A program made the position numbers and the translations under genes. Below are positions 18,869-28,637 of a stretch of DNA of 53,565 nucleotides, in pieces. The notes beneath the pieces were generated by a model that worked only from the letters and a program-made list of their open reading frames with translations, had not been told where the DNA came from and ran no database searches. Position 1 is the stretch's first letter. Each line of letters starts with the position of its first letter. Source of the stretch: Limisphaerales bacterium (GTDB taxonomy: Bacteria > Verrucomicrobiota > Verrucomicrobiia > Limisphaerales > SIBE01); assembly GCA_044225505.1 (NCBI GenBank), contig JBGAIN010000036.1:1-53565 (forward strand), in the 5' to 3' direction.

Positions 18869-21800
18869 ATGAATCGCCCCAGTGTTATTGTCGACGAAAT
18901 CAGCCAATCCAAGCCTGCCGTCCCAGCCCAGGCCAAGAACAAAGCCAAATACCCGGGAATCCGCGTTACTTGTAATGGAAACCAGCTGGTGACCCAGTAC
19001 GTGGAAACCCGCGTGACCGACGGCGGGATTTTCTACCCGATTACGCCCTCGACAGAAGGTGGCGAAATTTACCAGCAGTCGTATGCGCAAGGAGAGCTCA
19101 ACGTCTTTGGTCAGCAGAAAATTGCGATCGAATGCGAAGGCGAACATGCCGCCCAAGGCGGAGCGACGGCGTTTTCCGTCACCGGTCGGCGTGCGGTGAA
19201 CTTTACTTCCGGTCAAGGGGTGGTCTATGCCATGGAGCAGTACTACCACGCCCCGGGCAAGCTCTCGACGATGGTCCTCGAAGTTGGAGCACGCGCTTTG
19301 ACTAAGCACGCTCTCAACGTGCACTGCGGACACGATGACTTTAATGCGGCGCTAGATACGGGTTGGACCATGCTCATCGGAAAAGATGCCCAACAAGCCG
19401 CCGACCAAGCCATCATTCTCCGAAAAGCCAATGAGCTTGCCTTGAATCCTGGGATGAACATCCAGGACGGCATGCTCACGACGCACTCTGAGCGCACTTA
19501 CCTTGCGCCCGAAGCCGATTTGCTTCGCGAATTCCTCGGCGCTCCCGATGATCTCATCGATTGCCCCACACCCGCGCAACGCGAACTGTTTGGGCCGAAA
19601 CGTCGGCGAGTCCCCGAAATGATGGACCTGAAGAATCCCGTTTTGCTAGGACCGGTGCAAAACCAGGAACACCATATGAATGGCGTTGTGGCACGACGGA
19701 ACAATTTCAACGAGCCGATCCTGAAGTTTTTGGAAGACTGTTATGCCGAGTTTGGCAGCCTGACCGGACGAAACTACGGTTTGATCACGCAATACAAGTG
19801 CGCCGACGCAGACACGGTCTTTGTTTCTCTCGGATGTGCCGCTGACAATATTGAGGCGGCCTGTGACTATCTGCGGGAGCAGCGCTTGGCGAAGGTCGGT
19901 TCCATCCACGTCAACGTCATCCGGCCGTTCCCGGAAGCGGCCATTATTCAAGCGTTACGCGGGAAGAAAAATGTCATCATCCTGGAGCGTACGGATGAGG
20001 GCTTGGCCGGAGATAATCCCTTGGCCCGAGACATTCGCACTGCTCTGGGCAAGGCCGCGGAAGCCCACCGCCATGGGGGAGAACTTCCCGCGATCCGGCC
20101 CGATGAGATGCCCAGGATTTTTCGCGGCGCTTATGGAATTGGTTCCCGCGATTTTCGGCCAGAGCACGTTTTAGGCGCGTATGAATTCGCAACGGGCCAG
20201 ATCAAGCGAAAAGACGGCAAGAGCGCGTCAGACGCGGCGACTTATTTCGTGTTGGGAGTTGACCATCCTTATGCAGTGATTTCCAAGGATACACCGTCCC
20301 TTCTGCCCAACAAAGCCATTGCTGTTCGGTTCCACTCGATCGGTGGCTGGGGCATGATCACGACAGGCAAAAACCTCGGATCGATCATCGGAGATTTTGG
20401 AAATTTGATCTCCGAACAGAATCCCACCTACGACGAAGAGGGTCAGTTGGTGGAAAAACTGTGGGTGATGGCCAATCCGAAATACGGCTCGGAAAAGAAA
20501 GGAGCGCCTACCAACTATTATTTGGTGGTTGCGCCCGAACGAATCCGCGTTAATTGCGAACTGAACCACGTGGATGTCGTGTTGTGCTGCGATCCCAAAG
20601 CCTTCACGCACACCAACCCGCTGGAAGGACTGAACAAAGGTGGCTGTATCGTGTGGGAATCTAGCGAGGCACCCGAGACTGCCTGGCAACGCATCCCCGC
20701 GCATCATCGAAAATTCATTAAAGACAATAATCTCCGAGTCTACATTCTGCCCGGTTTCGATATCGCCCGAAAAGCAACGGACCGGGGTGAACTGCAATTG
20801 CGCATGCAGGGGAACTCTTTCCTGGGCGCCTTCTTTCGAGTTTCTCCCTTTCTGTCGCATAGCGGCATCAGTGACGAAACCTTTCTTGCCACCGTCAAAA
20901 AACAGTATCAGAAGAAGTTCGGTCGGTTCGGGGAAGCGGTGGTCGCTTCGAACATGCTCGTCATGGAAGAAGGGTTCTCCCGGGTTCAGGAAATCAAGTA
21001 TGGGGAACTAGAAGCGCCCGATCGATCCAGCATGCGCAATCCACCCGTCCGCCCATCAGGCGACATTCCTCTTGTCCCCACGGCAGGATGTGGCACTTGC
21101 CACACCCCGATTTCGACCCCGGCCGGGCAAACGCCTCGGTATGCCTTCCAGACGCTCGCTAAATTCGATGCCGAATTCAGAGGAGGCCTCGCCTACCATC
21201 AACCCGCCAGCGCCCTCGCCTCGATCGGCGTGATGGGGGCTGGGACCGGAGCCACCCAATCCAAATACGTCGCCCGCCGCGAGACGCCCGTCTATATTGC
21301 CGAGAACTGCACTCAGTGCATGGAATGCATCACGGCGTGCCCGGACACAGCTCTGCCAAACACTTCCCAAGATGTGGCCACCGTCTTGAAAACGGCCGCA
21401 TTTTACTACGTGACCGATCCATCCGAGCGCCAAAAACTGATGGCGGAACTGAAAGGGATCGAGCAACGGGTCCGCACGGCAATGGTTGCGGATGTGGAAG
21501 GGAAAAAGAAAACGCCCTTTAAAGATCTGGTGCGACGCGAAGTCCAAGCGCTGGACAGTGTGGCCCAAAGTGCCCGGGACCAGTTTGCGAGCATCATTGA
21601 TACGCTGCCACTGGCTTATTCTAATGTGCCTGCGGTCTTCCGGAACCTGGAGAAGAAGACGGCTGGGACTGGCGGACTATTCTCCATCTTTGTTTCGGAT
21701 TTGTGCAAGGGTTGCGGAGAGTGTGTGCAGGTTTGCGGAGACCACGATGCGTTACGCATGACTCCTGAAACGGAAGATTTGAACGCTCATCTGACCACGG

Positions 21801-23623
21801 CTCAGATCTTCTCCCGGCTTCTGCCCGATACGCCGCAACGTTACCTTGGCCTCTATAACGACAGTGCGCCTCAAGATTCACGCGAAGCTGCTCTGCGCAA
21901 TCACTTAATGGTGCGACGAAACTACGAAGCGTTGGTTTCGGGCGATGGCGCCTGCGCTGGCTGTGGTGAAAAGAGTATCTTGCGAGCGGCGGCTTCGGTT
22001 ACCGAGGCTTACATGCGTCCGCTTTACCATGCCAAGGCCGACCGTCTTCGGGCCAAGGCCGACCGCCTGGAAAAAGAAGCGCTCGCTGCCCTGGAGGGTC
22101 TCAAACAACGGAGCGAACCCGAATATTACCGGTTCCGTCGCGCTATCACTCATATCATCATGGGCTTAGGAGGCGAGAACGATGAGGACACGACCGCGAG
22201 AATTGCCAAATACGAGGCGGCTCATGGGTCTATCTCGGACGACCATCTTGTGAAAGGAATGGTGGCCGTGCTGCGCCAAGATGCCTTCAATCATCGCGAT
22301 CTCCAAGCTATCGATGGACGCCATGCGAACGGAATGAGCGTCATGTTTATGGGAGCGAGCACCGGCTGCAATACCGTCTATGGATCGACCCCGCCGTCTA
22401 ATCCTCATCCGTATCCGTGGATGAATTCCTTGTTCCAGGACGGAGCGACGATTAGCTGGCTCTTGGGTGAATCCTTGATCCTTAATCATGCTCGGCGTTC
22501 TGTCGTGCCAGAACGACTCGCAGACGCGCTCTTGGAGGGCGGAGAAAGTGTCATGTCGGAGGCAGATTATTTTACCCTCACCCACCTCGAAGACGCCCTG
22601 ATGACCGACCAAGAAATTCGGGAACTCCCGAAAGTCTGGGTGGTAGGAGGTGACGGCGCCCTTGGGGATATCGGTTTCCAGAACGTCTCAAAAGTCATTC
22701 TCCAGAACCGGCCGAATGTGAAAATGCTTATGTTGGATACCCAGGTTTATTCCAACACAGGCGGTCAAAACTCCGATTCGTCGACGATGCTAGGCGGCTA
22801 CGATATGAACCAGTTTGGCATCGCCTCGCAAGGCAAGTTGATCGAGAAGAAGAACGTTGCTGAAGCCTTCACCAGCGGACACGGCTCTCCGTTCGTCGCT
22901 CAGGTTTCGATGGCAAACGCGGCTAAACTGTATAAGGCCATGCTTGACGGGTTGGAATACCGGGGCACCGCCTTCTTCCAGTGCTACACCACCTGTCAGC
23001 CGGAACACGGGGTCTCGGACAACATGTCGGCAGATCAGGCCAAACTTGTTCGGGATGCCCGCGGGATGCCAGAATTCGTCTACAATCCGCGACGAGGAGA
23101 AACATCTCAGGAAGCGTTCGATCTGAAAGGCAATCCAACACCAGATCGCGATTGGTGGCGGACAAAGTACAAGCTCACGGGCGAAGACTACAATTACACT
23201 GTGGCGCACTGGGCGCTGACGGAAGGGCGTTTCCGGAAACACGTGAAATCCATCAAAGAGGAAGAGGCGCGTGAGATGATTCACTTGGATGATATTCTCC
23301 TGTTTATCACTCAGGATGATGTCATTCACCGTCGAGTGTTTAACGCTGATCACCGTTCCCACGTTCCTAACTTCGGGGTTTACATCCGGGCTGAGATCGA
23401 GGGAAAAATGCGCTTCTACGCTGTCTCGCGGCAAATGGTTTTGTTTGCCGTAGAACGGCGCAAAGCATGGCGGATGCTGCAGAGCAAAGCGGGTGTCGTT
23501 AACAAAGATTACCTCGCACAAAAGGCGCTCTTGAAGCGGCTGGATGCGGGTGAACTGCCGTTGGCGGAGCTACAGTCAAACACGCGCGCCTTGTTTGAGG
23601 CTGAACTGGCCAAGATCAAATAG
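18869..23623 (+). CDS. Single-chain pyruvate:ferredoxin/flavodoxin oxidoreductase (long form)
   Basis: YPITPS, FTSGQG, HSIGGWG, two 4Fe-4S motifs (CTQCMECITACP, CKGCGECVQVC), GACAGCGE, TPP motif GGDG...N, DTQVYSNTGGQ. Confidence 0.95.
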   Translation: MNRPSVIVDEISQSKPAVPAQAKNKAKYPGIRVTCNGNQLVTQYVETRVTDGGIFYPITPSTEGGEIYQQSYAQGELNVFGQQKIAIECEGEHAAQGGATAFSVTGRRAVNFTSGQGVVYAMEQYYHAPGKLSTMVLEVGARALTKHALNVHCGHDDFNAALDTGWTMLIGKDAQQAADQAIILRKANELALNPGMNIQDGMLTTHSERTYLAPEADLLREFLGAPDDLIDCPTPAQRELFGPKRRRVPEMMDLKNPVLLGPVQNQEHHMNGVVARRNNFNEPILKFLEDCYAEFGSLTGRNYGLITQYKCADADTVFVSLGCAADNIEAACDYLREQRLAKVGSIHVNVIRPFPEAAIIQALRGKKNVIILERTDEGLAGDNPLARDIRTALGKAAEAHRHGGELPAIRPDEMPRIFRGAYGIGSRDFRPEHVLGAYEFATGQIKRKDGKSASDAATYFVLGVDHPYAVISKDTPSLLPNKAIAVRFHSIGGWGMITTGKNLGSIIGDFGNLISEQNPTYDEEGQLVEKLWVMANPKYGSEKKGAPTNYYLVVAPERIRVNCELNHVDVVLCCDPKAFTHTNPLEGLNKGGCIVWESSEAPETAWQRIPAHHRKFIKDNNLRVYILPGFDIARKATDRGELQLRMQGNSFLGAFFRVSPFLSHSGISDETFLATVKKQYQKKFGRFGEAVVASNMLVMEEGFSRVQEIKYGELEAPDRSSMRNPPVRPSGDIPLVPTAGCGTCHTPISTPAGQTPRYAFQTLAKFDAEFRGGLAYHQPASALASIGVMGAGTGATQSKYVARRETPVYIAENCTQCMECITACPDTALPNTSQDVATVLKTAAFYYVTDPSERQKLMAELKGIEQRVRTAMVADVEGKKKTPFKDLVRREVQALDSVAQSARDQFASIIDTLPLAYSNVPAVFRNLEKKTAGTGGLFSIFVSDLCKGCGECVQVCGDHDALRMTPETEDLNAHLTTAQIFSRLLPDTPQRYLGLYNDSAPQDSREAALRNHLMVRRNYEALVSGDGACAGCGEKSILRAAASVTEAYMRPLYHAKADRLRAKADRLEKEALAALEGLKQRSEPEYYRFRRAITHIIMGLGGENDEDTTARIAKYEAAHGSISDDHLVKGMVAVLRQDAFNHRDLQAIDGRHANGMSVMFMGASTGCNTVYGSTPPSNPHPYPWMNSLFQDGATISWLLGESLILNHARRSVVPERLADALLEGGESVMSEADYFTLTHLEDALMTDQEIRELPKVWVVGGDGALGDIGFQNVSKVILQNRPNVKMLMLDTQVYSNTGGQNSDSSTMLGGYDMNQFGIASQGKLIEKKNVAEAFTSGHGSPFVAQVSMANAAKLYKAMLDGLEYRGTAFFQCYTTCQPEHGVSDNMSADQAKLVRDARGMPEFVYNPRRGETSQEAFDLKGNPTPDRDWWRTKYKLTGEDYNYTVAHWALTEGRFRKHVKSIKEEEAREMIHLDDILLFITQDDVIHRRVFNADHRSHVPNFGVYIRAEIEGKMRFYAVSRQMVLFAVERRKAWRMLQSKAGVVNKDYLAQKALLKRLDAGELPLAELQSNTRALFEAELAKIK

Positions 23624-23721
23624 CTCAGGCGTTTCGATCGGGCGTAGGCTCTCGGAAGCGTGCGCCCGGAATCCTGATCTTATCCGAGACGCCGTGGCGA
23701 AGACGCTTCCGCGTGCTACCG

Positions 23722-25428
23722 CTATTGTCGCAGCCGGTAAAAGCGTGCAGCTTTTTCATCGGCCACAGTGATGCTGCCGGCACCTGCGGCGGCATCGGAG
23801 CTGCCCGCGACAACCCAATTCTGCAGGTCGTCAGACGCCTCTGCCACAACGGAACTGGAAGTCGCACCGATAAAATCGAGAGCCCAACTTGTTTCCGTAA
23901 GGCGCCGCGGACTGCCCGTAAAGTGCAGCGATGCACTCGCCAATTTTCCCTCCAACTGCAAGTCAAAGCTCAGAGTGCCTTCGTCCGAAGAATGCCGATG
24001 CACCTCAACGGCCACGACGTTTGTTCCGGCACGAAGTAAGTTTTCAGCCTCGAAAATCTGCCATAGGTTCTCTCGATCACCGCCACCAGAAAGCGCCAAG
24101 TCCGTTGATCGGGCATTAGGATCAAGCTCTCGGCGGAAAACTTCAGCCCCGTTCAGGTAAACGGCGACGCCATCATCGAAGACGATCCGGCCGCGCAAGC
24201 TGGCAAAGCGGCTCGGATCATCTACTTTGAACACGTGTCGGAAATAAGTGGTGGTAAACTTGTTCTTCTTGCTCGGGCCGTAACGGATTACCGTCTGTTC
24301 ATCGTCATCTCCATATCCGAGCTGCGCAAGACCGTTTGACCATCCACTGTCGGCGAACTCCAAGGTGCGCCAGGCCGTACCCTGGTCGCTGCCGTCATCC
24401 AGGTAGGTCCAGCGGGCTGCCGGAGCAATTAAACCGCTATAGGTCAGCGGATCTCCGCCAGCGAGTTTAGGAAAGAAATAGAGAACCGGGGCTACTCCTT
24501 CGCTCACTGTGTAATAACCCCGACCATCGGCCGCAAAACCCACCCCTTCCCCATTTGGCTCGATCGGCGTGCCAACGACAGGGACCAGATCCGGCTCCGT
24601 CTGCAAGGCCTGGGCAACGGTCTGATTCGATCCCCGATGCCATATCTCGGCGAACTCCTCCTGACGAAGCAGCACCTCTTTTCCATTCGGCGAGATATCT
24701 CCCGCCGATGCGATGTGAAAATCCACTTGGACAGCGAATTCCATCTGGATCGTGGTCCCGTCCTTGAGCTGCGCCTGAGTCGCTCGGTAAAGCCGAGAAC
24801 GCCCGGTCTCCTTGGTCGCGACGAAGAGGTCTCCGGTCAACGGATCCACCAGCAACGCTTCGGCATTATGGCTCCCATCTGGGTAAGTGAGAGTGAATTT
24901 CTCAACGGTGGGAAGATTCCGGGTGAGTGGATTGGCCGCTTCATAGAGATAAACAGCGGGTTCTTCCGTTCGATAAACACGTATGTTAGCGCGCGTGGCG
25001 GCGTTGTCCCCAATGTCCCCGCAGTAGAGGTATTGCAGACCCGGCACGGGTCCAGGTCCCATCGCGATGTCTTCAAAGTCATCGACGGTATCCCCGATAA
25101 TCCACGTGCCTAGGAACTGGCCATTCGTTCCCACCGCATGAAACTGGTCGAGGCCCCGGTCGTTATGGACCCAGAGCACGCCTGGGTTCTGTCGGCTCGC
25201 CGCGATCCCGGAAAGGTCCGCGAGCGCATCGTTCGTAATTTGCCCCGCTTGCACGCCATCGCCATAGCCGCCAGCGGCCGCCTCTGCCGTAGTTGCTGCG
25301 CGCGGCAGCAAAGCCAGGAGAACTGCTTGAGTCAGCGCCTTAAAATTGAATCGCCGCACGCCGCACACAATGCGGTCAGCCAGGGTCGCCGTCAACCGCG
25401 AGACGGCTCTCTCCCACGAACCTTTCAC
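23722..25428 (-). CDS. Secreted protein: beta-propeller domain, jelly-roll (galactose-binding-like) domain and short C-terminal domain
   Basis: LSGIAASRQNPGVLWVHND, DFEDIA, GDIGDN, NAEAL; WTYLDDGSDQG...LGYGDDDE...TTYFR...DDGVAVYLNG; ends VEASDDLQNW...RFYRL. Start uncertain. Confidence 0.7.
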   Translation of the reverse strand: MKGSWERAVSRLTATLADRIVCGVRRFNFKALTQAVLLALLPRAATTAEAAAGGYGDGVQAGQITNDALADLSGIAASRQNPGVLWVHNDRGLDQFHAVGTNGQFLGTWIIGDTVDDFEDIAMGPGPVPGLQYLYCGDIGDNAATRANIRVYRTEEPAVYLYEAANPLTRNLPTVEKFTLTYPDGSHNAEALLVDPLTGDLFVATKETGRSRLYRATQAQLKDGTTIQMEFAVQVDFHIASAGDISPNGKEVLLRQEEFAEIWHRGSNQTVAQALQTEPDLVPVVGTPIEPNGEGVGFAADGRGYYTVSEGVAPVLYFFPKLAGGDPLTYSGLIAPAARWTYLDDGSDQGTAWRTLEFADSGWSNGLAQLGYGDDDEQTVIRYGPSKKNKFTTTYFRHVFKVDDPSRFASLRGRIVFDDGVAVYLNGAEVFRRELDPNARSTDLALSGGGDRENLWQIFEAENLLRAGTNVVAVEVHRHSSDEGTLSFDLQLEGKLASASLHFTGSPRRLTETSWALDFIGATSSSVVAEASDDLQNWVVAGSSDAAAGAGSITVADEKAARFYRLRQ

Positions 25429-25524
25429 TCCGACTCCGAAATCTTTTCGTCTTCCTTCTGGCGCTGGAATTGGAGTCGAGGTAAGCTGGCAATGCTTGGC
25501 GAATGGTGACCAAGCCGAACATTG

Positions 25525-26190
25525 ATGCTCGATCTGACGACAAAACTACCGCAGAACGCGAGGGAGATCCTGGGCGATCTGACCGCTTTGGCGAGTGAAC
25601 TGGGCGGAACGGATTCTTTGGGACAATTACCGTTTGCCTCGGCCGATCTGCGCTCAGTCCATCTGCAAACCCCACAGGACTTGCAGCGTTTCATGGACGA
25701 GTATCGGAAAGAAATTCTAATCGCTCATGAGTTACCCGCAGTCTATCAAGCCTTCTATCATACGGTCCATGGACGGGCTCGGGAACTAACGGCCCTCGAT
25801 CAACGGCTTTGCCGCGTGCCCATCTTACGGAACTTCGCCTCGGCCAGTTTCCAGGTAGGCCAAACCCAGTTGCGGCGGTTGCGTCCGTTGCGGAGTGAAC
25901 GCGTGCTCCAACGTTATCTCAACGCGGTTGATTCCGGTGAAGCAAAAGCTTGGCACACGCTCGTGTTCGGTCTGGTGCTGGGGGTCTATTCCTTGCCTTT
26001 GCGGCAAGGTCTGGTCCATTTTGCACACCAGACATTAGGTGGCTTTGTGCAAGCATCGTCAAGGCGCCTGGATCTGTCGGAATCCGAATGCGACCGAATT
26101 CTTTCCCACCACTCTCCGCAGATCTTAACTGCGGTCGAGGAACTCATTGCTGGAAAGCAGCCGTCGACCGATTCGCTGATTGAACTTTGA
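25525..26190 (+). CDS. UreF-like urease accessory domain protein
   Basis: Helical protein with ELTALDQ...ASFQVGQTQL...HTLVFGLV...FVQASSR, matching the UreF pattern. No other ure genes in the window. Confidence 0.65.
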   Translation: MLDLTTKLPQNAREILGDLTALASELGGTDSLGQLPFASADLRSVHLQTPQDLQRFMDEYRKEILIAHELPAVYQAFYHTVHGRARELTALDQRLCRVPILRNFASASFQVGQTQLRRLRPLRSERVLQRYLNAVDSGEAKAWHTLVFGLVLGVYSLPLRQGLVHFAHQTLGGFVQASSRRLDLSESECDRILSHHSPQILTAVEELIAGKQPSTDSLIEL

Positions 26191-26271
26191 CGGGCGCTCG
26201 CGACGCCGAGCGGCAAGCCGTCCTCACAACTCGGAAGCAAGCGTCGGAACCGCGGGCGATACAACGACCAC

Positions 26272-27783
26272 ATGGGGTATTTCAATACTGCCGATTGGGT
26301 GATCGTGTTTGGCTACCTCTTGGGGATTATCGGCATTGGTGTCTGGTTCGGCCGAGATCAGCAGAACACGCGCGATTATTTTCTAGGCAGCCGGAATGTG
26401 CCATGGTGGGCGATTGGCCTCTCGATCGTAGCGGCGGAGACCAGTGCTCTCACCATCATCGGGGTGCCAGCGATGGCATTTGGAAAGGATCTTTCGTTTG
26501 TCCAGATGGTCCTGGGCTACGTCGTGGCTCGCCTGGTGCTCGCCGTCATCATGGTTCCACGCTATCTGAAGGGCGAGATTTACTCTCCTTACCAGCTTCT
26601 GGCGGATACGTTCGGTCCCTCGGCACGGCAGACGGCCGCCGGATTATTCTTGCTGAGTGAGACCTTGGCCGCGGGGGTTCGCGTTTACGTAGCGTGTATT
26701 CCCATCCAGCTCATGCTGGGAATTCATGTTCTGCCGGCCGTTGTGCTTTTTGTGTTACTCTCGCTCGTCTACACCTACGTGGGAGGAGTGAAAGCGGTCA
26801 TCTGGACGGATGCCGTTCAATTTGGACTCTTTGTGGCAGGCGGTTTGTTTACGGTGGGATATATCCCCCATCTGGTGCCAGGTGGTCTAAGCGCAGTCTG
26901 GAATGAAGCCGCCATGGCCGGCAAACTGCATTGGCTCAATCCAGGTTTCTCGTTCTCCCTGCCGTTTAATCTTTGGATGGGCCTCATTGGAGGAACCTTT
27001 GTGACGCTTTCATCGCACGGCGCCGAGCAACTAATTGTGCAGCGCGTCCTCGCGTGCGGATCAGTTCCCGACGGGCGGAAAGCGCTCGTTCTCAGTGCCA
27101 TTGTGATTCTCCCGCTCTTCCTCATATTTCTAGGGGTTGGGACCATGTTGTGGGTCTACTACCAGCATTTCGCACCGGGAATTCCCATTCCCGAAGCGCG
27201 TCCTGGGATCAAGGCGAATGACTTTATTTACCCAATTTTCATGCTCACGGCCGTTCCGCATTGGTTAAAAGGCTTTCTCATCGTCGCGATTTTATCCGCT
27301 GCCATGTCGTCCGTGAGTTCCGCGTTAACCTCGCTTTCGTCGGTATCGACGATGGATTTTCTGCAACCTTTATTCCCATCGCGATCGGACACGTTTTATC
27401 TTCGGTTCAGCAAGCTCTCCACCGTGGCCTGGGCGGCTATCCTGATCGGCGTAGCCTATGCGAGCCGCGAGGTTGTCTTCGTGCTTAACGCCGCCTTCTC
27501 GCTGCGCGGATTGACCAGTGGTGCACTGCTGGGCGCCCTGGTGCTGGTGCTGCTCTGGAAGCGAACCGCGCCCGGGCCCGTAATCATTGGGATGCTCGTA
27601 TCCCTTGGCGTGATGGTTGCAGTCAGTCTGAATCCGCCCCAGATTCCCAAGATCGACTGGCCTTGGTTCACACTGCTGGGAACGATCACCACCTTGGGGA
27701 CGGCAGCTCTGGCCCGGGCCTGTTGGCCCCACTCATCGGAAGCTGCGCCTTCACGATCTTCCCGCCCTGCCCCACCCCCATGA
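26272..27783 (+). CDS. Sodium:solute symporter (SSS) family transporter
   Basis: DYFLGSRNVPWWAIGLSIVAAETSALT, YTYVGGVKAVIWTD, QLIVQR, ILSAAMSS; more than 10 TM segments. Confidence 0.92.
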   Translation: MGYFNTADWVIVFGYLLGIIGIGVWFGRDQQNTRDYFLGSRNVPWWAIGLSIVAAETSALTIIGVPAMAFGKDLSFVQMVLGYVVARLVLAVIMVPRYLKGEIYSPYQLLADTFGPSARQTAAGLFLLSETLAAGVRVYVACIPIQLMLGIHVLPAVVLFVLLSLVYTYVGGVKAVIWTDAVQFGLFVAGGLFTVGYIPHLVPGGLSAVWNEAAMAGKLHWLNPGFSFSLPFNLWMGLIGGTFVTLSSHGAEQLIVQRVLACGSVPDGRKALVLSAIVILPLFLIFLGVGTMLWVYYQHFAPGIPIPEARPGIKANDFIYPIFMLTAVPHWLKGFLIVAILSAAMSSVSSALTSLSSVSTMDFLQPLFPSRSDTFYLRFSKLSTVAWAAILIGVAYASREVVFVLNAAFSLRGLTSGALLGALVLVLLWKRTAPGPVIIGMLVSLGVMVAVSLNPPQIPKIDWPWFTLLGTITTLGTAALARACWPHSSEAAPSRSSRPAPPP

Positions 27784-28637
27784 CGCTCCCTGGACAATCC
27801 TCCTTCCGTCTTGCACTGGTCCAAATGCGTCTGGTTGGCGGTGACACGCACGCCAACGTCCAGCACGCCTGCGAACAGATTGGCCTGGCCGCGCGCCATG
27901 GCGCTTCCGTCGTCCTTCTGCCAGAAGCATTGCCGTTGGGCTGGACTCACTCGTCGGCACTCACACTAGCTGAGGAGATTCCTGAGGGCACATTTTGCCA
28001 AAGGTTGATCCAGGCGGCGCAGGAACATCGCGTTTGGATCTGTTCTGGCATCATCGAACGGGCCGGCGACCAGATCTTCAATTCTGCGGTGCTCGTGTCA
28101 CCGACCGGAACGGTGCTGGCGCGTCATCGCAAGCTCAATGAGTTGGCTTTGGGCCACGAGCTCTACGCCCAAGGCGATCGCTTGCAAGTCGTGCCCACGC
28201 CCATGGGCACGCTCGGAGTGATGATCTGCGCAGATGCCTTTGCTCCAGGACAAATCATCAGCCGCGCCCTCGGATACATGGGTGCCGATGTCATTCTCTC
28301 TCCGTGCGCTTGGGCCGTCCCGGCCGATCATGACAACAAACTTGAGCCGTATGGCCGTTTGTGGTTGGAGAACTACGGCCCGGTGGCGCGTGATTTCCAG
28401 ATCTGGATCGCTGGTGCTAGCAATGTCGGATGGCTGACGGACGGCCCGTGGCAAGGGCGAAAGTGCATCGGGTGTTCTCTGGTCGTCGCCCCTACCGGAC
28501 AGGCGGTCTTACAAGGCCCTTATGGCGTGGATGCAGAAGCGATTCTCTACACGGATATCAAGCCGGTCGTTCGACCTGCCCGTGGCGACCAATGGGCTCA
28601 ACGTTGGACAGCTCCTTCGGACAAGCCCGTCTCATGA
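27780..28637 (+). CDS. Carbon-nitrogen hydrolase (nitrilase/amidase superfamily)
   Basis: Glu-Lys-Cys triad in LLPEA, HRK, ICAD; FNSAVLV. ATGA overlap with the symporter stop. Confidence 0.9.
   Translation: MTLPGQSSFRLALVQMRLVGGDTHANVQHACEQIGLAARHGASVVLLPEALPLGWTHSSALTLAEEIPEGTFCQRLIQAAQEHRVWICSGIIERAGDQIFNSAVLVSPTGTVLARHRKLNELALGHELYAQGDRLQVVPTPMGTLGVMICADAFAPGQIISRALGYMGADVILSPCAWAVPADHDNKLEPYGRLWLENYGPVARDFQIWIAGASNVGWLTDGPWQGRKCIGCSLVVAPTGQAVLQGPYGVDAEAILYTDIKPVVRPARGDQWAQRWTAPSDKPVS

Noticed and set aside
21089..21103. CGTCH (CxxCH) inside PFOR
   Set aside because: The enzyme is cytoplasmic with no export signal, and the motif is in a Pro-rich linker, so heme c attachment is unlikely.
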